Assembly: GCF_963676685.1 (NCBI RefSeq)
Contig: NC_092354.1
Coordinates: 71,796,001-71,860,000, forward strand
Reading direction: 5' to 3'
Length of the DNA stretch: 64,000 nucleotides
Origin: Mytilus edulis
Taxonomy: Eukaryota
Made by a program: the position numbers and the translations under genes. Below the pieces are notes generated by a model that saw nothing but the letters and a program-made list of their open reading frames with translations, ran no database searches and had not been told where the DNA came from. This document shows positions 1 through 11,985 of this stretch, piece by piece; position 1 is the first letter of the stretch; every line of letters begins with the position of its first letter.

Positions 1-222
1 AATTATAAATCAAAGTTAAATTTTATAAAAAGTATGAACAATACCTAGATCTAAACAGTCAGACTTTATCAATTTTCAATGTCATTAAAAAATGTTGAGT
101 CAAACATTTATGAAAGTTTTGAATATCATTTGCATCAACTATACAGTCTTGTAATAATTATATATATTCATACTGTTTATATGTATACATGGTATAGCGA
201 AGAAATGTTTAACAAGTAAAAA

Positions 223-432
223 TAAGGGAAAACATTTCCTTAAGGGAAAACATTTCCTTAAGGGAAAACATTTCCTTTAGGGAAATTTGTTGTCTTGAAG
301 GAAATCTTTTTCCCTTGAAAAAACAATTTCCCTTGAGGAAAAAAACAATTTCCCTTTGAGGAAAAATCTTTTTCCTTTTAAATATGGAAATTTGATTTCC
401 CTTGAGGAAAACTACTTTCCCTTTAAGGAAAT
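223..432. repeat. 18-bp tandem repeat (TAAGGGAAAACATTTCCT x3) followed by degenerate copies
   Basis: Three exact units at 223-276; degenerate TTTCCCTT(G/T)A(A)GGAAA units continue to ~432. Confidence 0.8.
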
Positions 433-775
433 TGTTGAAAAAAGGGGCATAACTTTTTCAACAGTGGTGCTAGAGCCAAAAATTGTTAGGACAAATATCA
501 GGGAACCAATACCAACCAAGTTATCAACTTCATTTTGACTTAACTCCAAAAATTAAGGTGAACAACTTTTGCTCTCAGCGGAATTGCAAACTTGTCCCCG
601 AGACAAATCTGCTTTTCTGAGATGTTTTATAAGGTTCCAAAAATGTGTTATGCCCTACAGCTTTCCATCCAGCTAAGGCAGAAGTGTATTCTCTTTTATT
701 CTCATATATCCAGTATTTGCAACAAATTGTAATTTTTATGAAGAAAAAAATTTAAATGGAAAATAATGTTCGTAT

Positions 776-1196
776 TGTAATATAATATGTTCCCATGGGA
801 AGAAAAATTGTTCCTATGTGAAAAAAAATTGTTCCCATGGGAAGAAAAATTGTTCCCATGGGAAGAAGATTTGTTCCCATGGGAAGAAGATTTGTTCCCA
901 TGGGAAGAAATATTGTTCCCATGGGAAGAAAAATTGTTCCCATGGGAAGAAAAATTGTTCCCATGGGAAGAAAAATTGTTCCCATGGGAAGAAAAATTGT
1001 TCCCATGGGAAGAAAATTTGTTCCCATGGGAAGAATTAATTCCCATGGGAACTTTTTGTATTCATCTTTTCCCATGGGATCCTATGGGAACTCTAAACTT
1101 CCCATGGGAAAAGTAATTTTTCCCATGGGAACTTTCAATGTTCCCATGGGAAATTCTAATATTCCCATGGGAATTATCAAATTTCCCATGGGAAAT
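776..1196. repeat. 21-bp tandem array with palindromic core TTCCCATGGGAA; probably the subterminal array of a Ginger-like foldback element
   Basis: About 18 copies of TTCCCATGGGA at mostly 21-bp spacing. The array starts with TGTAATATAATATGTTCC (776), which resembles the terminus TGTAACAAAAAATATGTTCC of the TGT..ACA element at 59165. No matching right end seen. Confidence 0.8.
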
Positions 1197-1324
1197 GTAC
1201 TTTTAATCAGCTGCAGTGACAAGAGTGACAACAGTGACAAGTTGGGACATATGGCATTTTTTAAATTTTTCAATAATCTATCACTGGGCAAAATTTTGTT
1301 TTGATATCTTGTAAACCGACAAAG

Positions 1325-2500
1325 TCAGATTTGCCGATACCGGAATGGCAAATTTGTCCCGCACAGTGTTCCAAGGAACTTCCATTTAATTTCATTTGAT
1401 TAGTTTTATTGTCTCTTACAAGAAGATATATAATTTAGGGGTGGGGAGGTTGACCGTTTACAAGTTTTCAAACAAGAGGGGGTGGGCTGACCCCCCTATG
1501 GACTTTCCTTTTATTTCATTTCATTTGTTTTATTGTCCCCTACAAGAATATATATGGTTTAGGGGTGGGGATCTGGACCATTTACAAGATAATAGTACAT
1601 TCTCAAATTGAACGGGGTGGGGTGACCCCCAGGAACATCCATTTAATTTCATTTGATTAGTTTTATTGTCCCTTACAAGAATATATATAGTTTAGGGGTG
1701 GGGATGTTGACCGTTTATAAGTTTTCAAACAAGAGGGGGTGGGGTGAACCCCTAGGGACTTTCCTTTTATTTCATTTCATTTGTTTTATTGTCCTCTACA
1801 AGAAATTATATGGTTTAGGGGTGGGGATCTGGACCGTTTACAAGATAATAGCACATTCTAAAATTGAACGGGGTGGGGATGACCCCCGGGGACTTCTATT
1901 TAATTTCATTTGATTTGTTTTATCGTCCTATTCAAGAACATATATGGTTTAGGGGTGGGGATCTGGACCGTTTACAAGATAATAGTACATTTTCAAATTG
2001 AACGGGGTGGGGGTGACCCCCAGGAACTTTTATTTAATTTCATTGGATTAGTTTTATTGCCCCATACAAGAATATATATGGTTTAGGGGTGGGGATCTGG
2101 ACCGTTTACAGTTAAAAGCATATTCTTGAATTGAAGGGGGTAGGGATGACCCCCAAGGGACTCCCCTATATTTCATATGATTTGTTTTATTGTCTTTTAA
2201 TCATTTCTGAAAACTGCATGTATCTATCACTTACAGTTTTCAAGTTATATTCATTTGAAAATTTTAGAAAATAAAATCCCATAGGGTTCTATAGTAAACC
2301 CCTCCCTCTTTCTGCCCCCCAAAATACCCCTTAATAGACCCCAATGCACAAATGAGCGATTGATGGCTCACCTAGACATATTAGTCTAACATTTTATGAA
2401 ACCCTAAGTAAATCTGACAAGTAGTTTTGGAGAAATGCTGCGGACAAGTTCATTTTTAAAGTGGCGGAAGAAGAAGAGGAAGAAAAGGAAGAAGAAGAAT
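1325..2500 (-). mobile_element. HINE/Helentron-like non-autonomous element with G-rich ~126-131-bp subrepeats (257-bp dimer)
   Basis: Short hairpin ATTTGCC..GGCAAAT near 1330-1352; about six monomers containing TTAGGGGTGGGGA, with 257-bp periodicity (1374 vs 1631); terminal (GAA)n tract ~2467-2499 interrupted by the next element. Confidence 0.55.
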
Positions 2501-3589
2501 AACTAGAATTGCCATTGCAAGCAATAGCGGATGTCACCCTTCCCCCTATTGCCACTAAGCGGCAGCCATTTCACACTTGTTTAACAGTAAACGCACAAAT
2601 ATGCATGGCTATTCATCTTTTTGTAAATTTTCAGTATATTCAGAGCATTTTAAAGTATTTCACATTTATACCGTTTCCATGGCAACGGCAGCCATTTTGA
2701 AAATTTCAAAGTCAAAAGTCTCATCTAAACTTGTCAGTTACCAATAATATCAAATTTCCTTAAGTTAAAACCATTTTGAGAATTTTTGACATTTTTGCAG
2801 TTTCCATGGCAACCGTGGCCATTTTGGAAATTCCAACTTCAAAAGTCATATCTAGACTTGACAGTTAACAATCATATCAAATTTCTTCAATTTTGAAGCA
2901 TTCTGAAATTTTTGCTCCTGTATAATCCATGGTAACATAGTAGTTCCAATGATTATCAAAATCATTTAAAACCTGTATATAGTGGATAACTATATTGCAT
3001 AAAAATTTGATGATTTTAAGTTCAAGCATACCAAAGTTATTCACCAAACCCGGAAGTTTTTGGAGCATTTTGACCTTTTTGCATTGTTTCCATGGAAACG
3101 GCAGACATTTTGGAAATTCCAACGCCAAATTCCACATCTACCAAAGTTGCTCATCGTTATGCTAAAGTTTCAAAAAAATTGGCGCATTTCCATATTTTTG
3201 AAATTTTTGGTGTAGTTTCCATGGCAACATAGCAGTTCCAAAATGTGCCAAAATCATCCAAAACCAGTATATAGTGGGCACCTACATTGTATTAAAATCT
3301 AAAGGTTTTAAGCTTAAGCATTCTCAAATAATTCAAGGAACTCCAAAATTATATTTTTTCACCATTTTTCCGTTTCCATGGTGATGGCAGCCATTTTTTA
3401 GTTCCAAAGTTGCACAGACTCTAGGGAGTCAGGGTTCCTTGTTATAGTGCACCATCATTCGGATTGGTACTTTTGGCTCTGAGAAAACAGGCGTACAAAA
3501 TTAGGTGGAAGTATAATAATAATAATACAGAAAAAGAAACAGAGGAAAAGCAATATGTCACCCGACATTGTCGATCGGGTGACATAATA
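2501..3589 (-). mobile_element. HINE/DINE-1-like (Helentron-derived) non-autonomous element
   Basis: On the minus strand: 5' subTIR plus inverted repeat TATGTCACCCGA..TCGGGTGACATA (~3554-3586), then an (ATT)n microsatellite, ~130-bp internal repeats, a 3' subTIR GGGTGACAT (~2532-2540) and a short palindrome ending TTCTAGTT. This is the canonical HINE layout. Confidence 0.7.
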
Positions 3590-3622
3590 ATTAATTAAAA
3601 AGGGGGAAGGATATTAAAAATC

Positions 3623-3881
3623 GAATAAGTAACGAATAGGTAACGATAGGGAATAGGGAATAAGTAACGAATAGCGAATAGGGAATAGGTAACGAATAGG
3701 GAATAGGGAATAGGTAACGAATAGGTAACGAATAGGGAATAGGGAATAGGTAACGAATAGGGAATAGGGAATAGGTAACGAATAGGTAACGAATAGGGAA
3801 TAGGGAATAGGTAACGAATAGGGAATAGGGAATAGGTAACGAATAGGGAATAGGGAATAGGTAACCAACTTGACGTCCATA
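3623..3881. repeat. Compound GAATAGG / GAATAGGTAAC array ending in a ..GACGTCCATA terminus (likely one end of an IS3EU-type foldback element)
   Basis: Mixed 7- and 11-bp units at 3623-3865. The reverse complement of the end reads TATGGACGTCAAGTTGG, the same TATGG terminus type as the element at 55177-56377. Confidence 0.65.
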
Positions 3882-3887
3882 AATTAA

Positions 3888-6297
3888 TTTGGTATTGGTA
3901 ACGAGAGACAGATGCGTATTCCGAATGAAGTTACTTTGGATGATGGAACTATATCTAACAATTTAGAAACTGTTTTAAATAAATGGAAAAGTAGTTTTCA
4001 TAGTTTATTAAACCCAAATGTAGATGCAACAGATTATAATAAGGTTGAAAATTGTATTCTAAAAGAAAATATTATTTGTATTGATTTAGATAAGGAAATT
4101 ACTATTGATGAGGTTCATAAAGTTGTAATGAATGCAAAAAATTGTAAAAGTGCAGGAATTGACCTTATTCAAGCTGAATTTTGTAAAAATATCTCTATTA
4201 TTTCTATTTTACATAAATTATTTAACTTATGTTTCAGTTCTGGTAATGTACCAAATATATGGAATAAGGGAATTATAACCCCAATACCAAAATGTTCTAC
4301 ATCAGATCCTAGAGACCCCTTATCTTATAGGGGCATAACTCTAGCCCCATTCACATACAAGATGTATTGTAGTATTTTAAATGAAAGATTAGTCAAATGG
4401 TTAGATGAAAGGGAAATAATTAACGACGAGCAAAACGGTTTTATGAAAGGCAAAAGTACAATTGATCATATAAGCACTATAACATCAATAATAGAAACCA
4501 GGAAAAAGTGTAAATTGTCAACATATGTAGCTTTTATAGACTTTAAGAAAGCATATGAATCAATTAATAGAGTTTTTTTGTTTAACAAACTGGAAAATTT
4601 AGGTATTAGTTCAAAATTTATGTATTCTTTAAAAGCTTTATACTCTAATGTAGAATGTAGTGTACGTACTAATGGTAATATGACTGAATGGTTTAATGTT
4701 GATTCTGGATTGAAACAAGGTTGTGTTTTATCATCTATAATGTTTAATATATATATAAATAATTTGGTTGAGGATATTAATGCTTTGAATATTGGTATTA
4801 ACATAGATGAAGAAAAATTAGCTATATTGTTATATGCTGATGATGTTATTTTAATGGCAGAGAATGAAGAAGATTTGCAAAAAATGTTGAATGTGCTTAA
4901 TACATGGTGTCTCAACAATGAGTTGACAGTTAATATAAATAAATCTAAGATCATGCATTTTAGAAATCCAGCTGTTTTACAAACTAAATGTACTTTTTCT
5001 ATTGGTGGTAATGGTTTGGAATGTGTAAAAAGTTACCAATATTTAGGCTTATTACTGACTGAATTTTTAGATTATCAGTTAATGGCTAAGGCAGTAGCGA
5101 AGTCAGCCAGTAGAGCATTAGGATTATTAATTGTAAAGAGTAAAACGCATGGTGGTTTCCAGCACAAAATTTTTTTCAAAACTGTATGATACAATGGTAT
5201 GGTCAGTTATTAGTTATGGTGCAGGTATTTGGGGAACCAGAGACTTTTCCTGCATAAATGCAGTCCAAAACAGGGCCATGAGATTTTTCATGGGGGTTGG
5301 CAAATACACTCCAAATGATGCCATAGCAGATGATATGGGCTGGAAACCTCCATGCGTTAAACAATGGTCAAGTGTCTTGAGACATTGGGCTAGGTGTTCC
5401 ATAATGGACCCACACAGGATAAATTTTAAAATTTTTAAGTGGTCTATACGAAAGTGTAATACTAGAATTAAAAACTGGAGTTTTAGAGTTATAGAAATGT
5501 TAAAATTGTATAATTATGAGCAATATTGTAATTTTGAATTAAATGTATTGAACAAAAATTGTATTAAACAAATTGAAGAAGATGTATTTGATAATTTTAA
5601 ATCAAATTGGTGTACAAGAGTTGCTGCATATGCAGAGGGAAGTAAATTGAGGACTTACAAATTGTTTAAAAATAACTATTGTACTGAAAATTATTTGCAA
5701 AATATTTTGTCATTAAAAAACAGAAGTTCATTTGCTAAATTTAGATGTGGGGTAGCTCCACTAAAAATAGAAACTCGAAGATATGAAAGGAAAGAAGTAC
5801 ACGAGAGGACATGTTTTAACTGTAGCTCTATTGTTGAAGATGAACTACATGTCATTTTAAAATGCCCATTGTATGTGGATCTAAGACAAATCATGATACA
5901 TGAAGCGATACATTTTAATGAACATTTTAACCTTTTATCAGATAATGAAAAATTTATATTTTTATTTAGTAATGGCAATGTTGCTGCTATAGTTGCCAAA
6001 ACCTGCAACAATATTTTATTAAGAAGAAATAGTATTTTATTTCACTAGTTCTTAATGAAACAAATGTTTTACTATCATTTAGTAAAAATGTATATTGTGA
6101 ATTTTAATTATAAATTGTAAATTTTTTTTTTATATGTATATAATACAATGTATATCTTAAAAGTCTTTCATAAATCTTTTTAAGATTGGTACATGCAATG
6201 CAAATGTTTTAATGTTTTAAATCTATGTATGTGAATATCATTTTATGTTTGTATGTGGTGAGACTATAATAAAATATTGAATCTGAATCTGAATCTG
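3888..6297 (+). mobile_element. 5'-truncated non-LTR retrotransposon (LINE; RTE-X/CR1-group-like ORF2) with one frameshift
   Basis: RT motifs YRGITL, QNGF, FIDFKKAY, GLKQGCVLS and LLYADD in 3912-5189. Frameshift in a T-run at ~5170 continues into 5149-6048 with KLRTY and a C-terminal CxxC..EDExH..C domain. AATAAA and a (GAATCT)n tail at ~6268-6297. Confidence 0.92.
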
Positions 6298-6910
6298 TAA
6301 ACAAGCAATGACATAACAAATTAAATGTGCCGCTTTAATAACGATTGATAACCTTAAAATTAATCATGCATGCAATTTTAGCAGACATAACAAGATCGAC
6401 GTTAAGATATCAAATGTTTTTTTATAGACACCGAGTGATGATAGATGTAGACAGAGATAACCAATAATAATTTCTATCATATATGGTCAGGGAACAGATT
6501 ATCTAACTATATGTTCCTATTGTAATTTTAAAGGCTCTTCAAAATGTTCGTAAAAATAAAAATAAATAATTATTATTTCTTGAAGACGATCAGATGATGA
6601 ATTTTCGGTTTAATATATATTAAGTACGACAATGTAAAATAGTGCAAGGGGATTTTGAGCCATCTCACTGATCAGTGTAGGCTACACAGTACCCCCAAAT
6701 GAACAGTATAAAACTATCCAGCAAGAGAGAAAAAGATGGGTCAATATAGAAAAATTAACAAGGCAACTTCAGTTCAATTTCAATATATACATGTATTATT
6801 ATATAGATTATTCTAATGAATAAGTCAAATGTCAGAGGGAATATCTTTTTAAATATGGCAGGAAAAACAATTAGACAACTCTCAATGAAGTGTTAGACAC
6901 AGTGTAGTCA

Positions 6911-6953
6911 AAGTTAGCAGTTACATGTATACTATACATGTAACTGCTAACTT
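6911..6953. repeat. Perfect 21-bp inverted repeat with 1-nt spacer
   Basis: AAGTTAGCAGTTACATGTATA-C-TATACATGTAACTGCTAACTT. Confidence 0.9.
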
Positions 6954-7394
6954 CAAACCAGAAACAAAAAGCAAATATGAACTGCACCAAAAAAAGACAA
7001 CCACCAAACAACATGCTTCTTACTTGGAACATTCAGAAAATATCTTCAAAGCGAGTTAAAATTTTTAATAAGTTTTTGTTTTTAACAAAAGCGTTTTGCC
7101 ATCTAAAACTTTTAAGAGCAGAAAGCACACAACTTAAAATTGCCAATGCTTACTACCCTAAGCATCACAAAAATTTTGCAGAGCAGGTGTAAAGATATTA
7201 ATAATGATCAATATCAAGCCATTGTTCAAATAACCATGAACATATCAAATTTTATTAAAAAAAAACCACCACAGCTATTTACAGGTTCACGTACTGCATT
7301 TCTTGAACACAAGTAATCATCAATTAATTACATTTCTTCACATTTGTAATTGAACGTTAGCCTAAAAATATAACTCTTATAAAAAACCAGCACC

Positions 7395-8464
7395 TTAAAA
7401 TGGAACATCCAGTGGTTGGCTCAGCATATTGTCTTTCGGGAGAGAGAAGAAACAAATATTCCTTGGTCGTGGGCAATGATTCCTTAATGCGGGAATCACA
7501 CATTGCCGATTATTGCTCCCGTTTGAGATCAGACAGCAATAAGACACGAAAAGTGAAAAAAGTCGGATTACTATACTCAATTATCTGGAATGTCCTATCA
7601 TTTTCTGAACGCAGTAGTTTAAATTCGTAACAGATAGGCTACGGGTCGGGAATGGTCTTGATAGTTCGGCGAAGCACCCCGACATTTAGGTGCGTCCCGT
7701 AACATTCGTGGACTCAGCCGACTTTGTCTAGCCGGATGACATGCGTGACTATGTCGTGGCAGATTCTGCTGTATCGGATAAAAATTCTAACATTGTTCTG
7801 TGTTTTCTGGACGGTGTCCTGTGGAACGGGAATGATCTGGAGAAATTTTTCATTGATGTTTTTCTGCCGATTGAGTCCAGATTGCATCCAGATCTAGTCG
7901 ATTTCAAACCGTCTTTGCCGAAATCGTTCCGGAACAGTCCTGTTATTAATACGAAATTCGCCAATGACACCCACCTCAGAGTCCCGACAATTACAGAATA
8001 CAATACGACTGAGACCAGACAAAGACGTTTGCAATGAGATAGAGAGGATCGTGATAGAATTCCGTTCCGACAGTAACTGATCATCCCGAGTATGTCGACA
8101 GTTTTCGAACGGATAACTTCTGTCAGCGTCGGTTCACTGTCTGGTCACTGTCTGATCTCTGTCGGATTACATTCGGTAGAATCGGGATGCAGTTGTGACC
8201 AATTCGGTCGAATTTTACTTTGCGAAAGATATAAATCGGATTAGAAGCGGATTGAGAACGGGATTATCGTGAAAAAAATCTCTTGGAAACGGTTGAATAT
8301 CGACGCTTCCTGAACAATATCTGATTGTTGTCGTGATTAATTAATTAAAGTTTGAATTTCCTTCCACGATTCACAGGATCTTGATCAGACTTTTGACTAA
8401 TTTTAATTGGGAATGGTCCTGTCAAGGACGGCAGTAAAAATCGTGAATGTGTGATCACAGCTTT
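7395..8464. mobile_element. CpG-rich non-autonomous DNA transposon remnant, PIF/Harbinger-like right end
   Basis: Abrupt ~1-kb CpG-rich block ending AAAAATCGTGAATGTGTGATCACAGCT followed by TTA (Harbinger-type terminus and TWA target). No matching left TIR and no credible protein. Confidence 0.4.
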
Positions 8465-10444
8465 AGCGAAAATATATCAACCCACATTGAATTGTAATTT
8501 CATTAATAAACAATCAATGTCAGTTTTTAATTCTTATACCACAATAATTATATAAAACAATACATCTTAAGTAAACACTTATCTAATATTTAATACCAAA
8601 CAAGCATTTGGGTTTACGATTGCATTTCTTTTTTTAAAGAAAGCAACTTGTTATTTAATATCTCTGTGACAATATATGATTCTCACTTGCAACATATAAA
8701 TTTTGCCGAAGCATGCATAAACGGTCAAGGACCAAACCCGTAGGTACTACAGTATTACATGGGATCCCAAGAAAATAAGCACAATTTTTTAAGGATCTCA
8801 TTTTGATTTTAGTGGTTAGTGGCCAATTTTTTTTTTTACAGTATTGTAAAAAGTCTAGCACGACCTCCGAAAATAGAACAAAAATAAAAACACGTATTAT
8901 GAATTGACAAATAAATTGTACCAGTTATAATTTTTGTTTTCAAAATCTTATATTGGTCAGTCCCGTTTTCTGGTAAATATACAGAGGTAGTCAATGAACA
9001 GATTTTTTTGTTAATTATGGTTAATGTAAATTGTCATTTAAATTATGCGGTTTTAGATTGAAACTTTTAATTTCTCGCTCATTTTACCACAAATGTTTCT
9101 CGCCACACTTTGCTTGGCAAGATATTTATCTACATTGCACCCACTCTAGAAGAATATTTCAATAACTTTGATTATTTTAACCTCAAAAATTTTTGTATAC
9201 GCCCCTGCTTACACATGAAATTACAGATATTTCTATATACATGTAATGACAATAATCGAATGATCTTGATGAATATTTACTGTTAAGTTTTGTTATCAAT
9301 AACGATTCAATGGATTTTAACGAAAGAATATAAGAATAAGTTTCAAATCTATACTTACCAGTGTGCAGCTGACATCCTTTTCGAAAACTTGGATAATATA
9401 TTAAGATCCCACGCTTTATTATGAGAAAAACACACACACTTATTTAAGTTATGTCCACAAGAACAAAATTTGCGCACAGGTAATTCCACTAACTATTCGG
9501 TGTGTTTGTGTCGTATTTATACTGTAAAAGGATGCACTCGATTAAAATCCATTGATTCGCTTCAAAAAGTTTCCTTTTGTTTTCATGTCTTTATTCTTAA
9601 ATTATTTGTTAGTATGAAATATTTGATGTGTTCATTAATTAATGTGTATATTTTGTATTTGTTATGGAGAAGACGTTACTAAGTTGTAAAACTTGTGTCT
9701 GATCCTTTTGTCATTTTGAACAATAAAATATGTTTAAACTAATGCAACGATGATCAGGATGCTCATTAAAATCGCTTTTTGACTATAAGACAGTAGTTTT
9801 ATCCAGCTTCTCTGTTTGTGTATAAAAACAAATAAAAAATTAAAAATAATTAACTAAAATGTGAAAGCATTGGTATTTTTACACTGTCATAAAACTATCA
9901 AGAACTAACCAATTATTAGTTTTATTTGACAGGAGAAGAACTAACTTTCAATGAACTGCTTCTATGACTTTTTTCAAATATCCCTCCAAATCTAGTGGTC
10001 CATCGAATTAAATGAAAAATGACAGGATTAATCCTGAACATTCATGAAATATTTCCTACTGGACGTTAAGCAATCAATCAACTATTGATATTAAAGGGGT
10101 ATCTAGACTACCGTTTGGTAGTTATATTCTTGTCAATGAACCAATATGGCCCGTATGTCTAGTAATAGAACATACTAGGTAATGTAAGTCAACTATCTTG
10201 AAAACCATACATATAATTCACAAAAGAAATTATGACCTGGCATAAATTCTTCAAATAACAGGATCTATCTTCTCTTCTTGAATGTAACTCAATTCTATCA
10301 GACGGCACCTTATCAGAGATCTACAATGAGATCTTGCCTTGATTATTTTCTTTTACCAATTCCACTATTTTTTAAAACCATGAACATACATATTTAACAA
10401 TGAAAATATCTATAAATATACAAGCTATGTAATTTATACGTGAT

Positions 10445-10700
10445 TCTCTTTCTCATTTTTTTAATATAGATTAGACCGTTGATTTCCCCGTTTGAATGGT
10501 TTTACACTTATAATTTTGGGGCCTTTATAGCTTGTTGTTCGGTGTGAGCCAAGGCTCCGTGTTGAAGGCCGTACATTGACCTATAATGGCTAACTTTTAT
10601 GAGTTGCTTTTTGGATGGAAAGTTGCCTCATTGACACTCATACCACAGCTACCTATATCTGTGATTGATAGTTGTCTCATAAGTAATGATACCACATCAA
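10445..10700 (+). repeat. Dispersed repeat family (..GGCTCCGTGTTGAAGGCCGTAC..CATTGGCACTCATACCACATC)
   Basis: Homologous copies at ~12085-12300, ~21770-21880 and ~51155-51203 (plus), and ~23295-23355 and ~34170-34230 (minus). Two copies lie next to hammerhead-like sequence, suggesting a Penelope-associated family. Confidence 0.7.
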
Positions 10701-11108
10701 CTCATCTTTATTTCACAAAGGAGTAACGGTCATTTTACTTAATCAGTACAATGAAAACAGAAATTGATATGCCAAATTTGTAATTCATGATCAACAGTAC
10801 AAAATATACAAAAATAGCAATTTGACTGAAGCAATATATGAAATTCATATGTATGTCGTTGTCCTTTTAATAAAAGCACACAAATAAAGAAAAACAGTTA
10901 ATTTTTTTATTACGTTAATATCGTCATTTCGAGATAATAAAAACACTTTTATATGATATTGTTTATGATCACAGAACCAACTGCTAAAAAACACCAAACA
11001 AACACAAACAATCCACTGACAGTGAGCACTACCCTTGGTAACCTTACCGTCTTTTACTGTTTTGGATCGTTTGTAATAAAATAAATGCAATGTATAATTA
11101 TCATTGTT

Positions 11109-11342
11109 TTATTTACAACAGAAGAATATGACATCATTCAAGGCTGCATCATCCCCTCTTCGACCTTGTCGCCCGTCTACCCTCGTCTGCATGCCACATA
11201 TTGCAGTCCCACGGGGACAAGTACTCCAGCCACTAAAGTGTCCCCAGAAACTACTTCCGCCGATTTCATATCCAGGCCAATTGCATGTTAAAGCTTTACA
11301 CCGGAATCTCACATAGTTGGCTGTGGTGTCATTTCCTCTACC
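11109..11342 (-). CDS. VMO1: Terminal exon of a vitelline membrane outer layer protein 1 (VOMI domain) family gene; upstream exons not found
   Basis: ttttag acceptor, phase 0, then GRGNDTTANYVRFRCKALTCNWPGYEIGGSSFWGHFSGWSTCPRGTAICGMQTRVDGRQGRRGDDAALNDVIFFCCK*. This matches the VMO1 C-terminal pattern (WGxFxxWSxCP..AICG.QT.V...QG..DD.ALNDV.FFCC). AATAAA on the minus strand at ~10905. Confidence 0.85.
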   Translation of the reverse strand, partial: GRGNDTTANYVRFRCKALTCNWPGYEIGGSSFWGHFSGWSTCPRGTAICGMQTRVDGRQGRRGDDAALNDVIFFCCK

Positions 11343-11856
11343 CTAAAATATAATTTGATCTTAAACTTATAGATCTTTTACAAAGGTCCTATAACATGGT
11401 TAATTAAGATAATAATTCTTATATTGATTATCATAATCCATCAAATAAATGATTCATTTTTTTTCTTAATGCCAAAACTTGTGCATAATGGACGTTGGTT
11501 CTATTAAAAATGTACACTTAGTAGTATTAGAAAGAAAAACTATATGAAAGCTTAGTTTGGACAATTGTATAGCAATTCAAAATAAACAGTTCCTCTTCAG
11601 CATGGAAATGACTATAATATAATTATACAAACTGATAAACTAATTTTGTCACAACATCTTTAAAGAGGAGTTGAGTCTTAGAGGATTGTAAGTATATATT
11701 ATTTTATCACCTTGCACTTTCACATTTTGACTGAACAATTTGTTCAATATTCTGACCAGTTGAACAATTTGGTTTAATAAAACAAATTGCAATTTGGTCA
11801 AAATTTTGAATGAGTTGCAATTGGTGGAAAGCAACACTAACAGTCAAGTCACTGTA

Positions 11857-11985
11857 AAGGGACATTAGCTACGAGATATGAAATAAAATCAAAATATGAT
11901 ATAGTTAGGTAAATTGAAATTATGAAATAATAATTCGCGTTAATTGAGAAGCCACTTTGGTTCAATTTTGTCAAAATAAGCAAAT
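11857..11985. mobile_element. Left-end fragment of the Kolobok-like MITE family
   Basis: AAAGGGGACATTAGCTACGAGATAT matches the left ends of the full copies at 14426 and 31211. Confidence 0.6.

Noticed and set aside
702-1304. Six overlapping repetitive ORFs (FPWEE, SSHGN, LPMGT) and a CRISPR-like look
   Set aside because: All are translations of a 21-bp tandem repeat open in every frame. Spacers are only ~9 nt and near-identical, there are no cas genes, and the context is eukaryotic.
3614-3880. 88-aa repetitive ORF / telomere-like AATAGGG tract
   Set aside because: Translation of a simple repeat; not TTAGGG, and it ends in a transposon-like terminus.
7400-8084. ORFs in the CpG-rich block as a gene or bacterial insert
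   Set aside because: Short, overlapping, no recognisable domain; the block ends in a transposon-like terminus.
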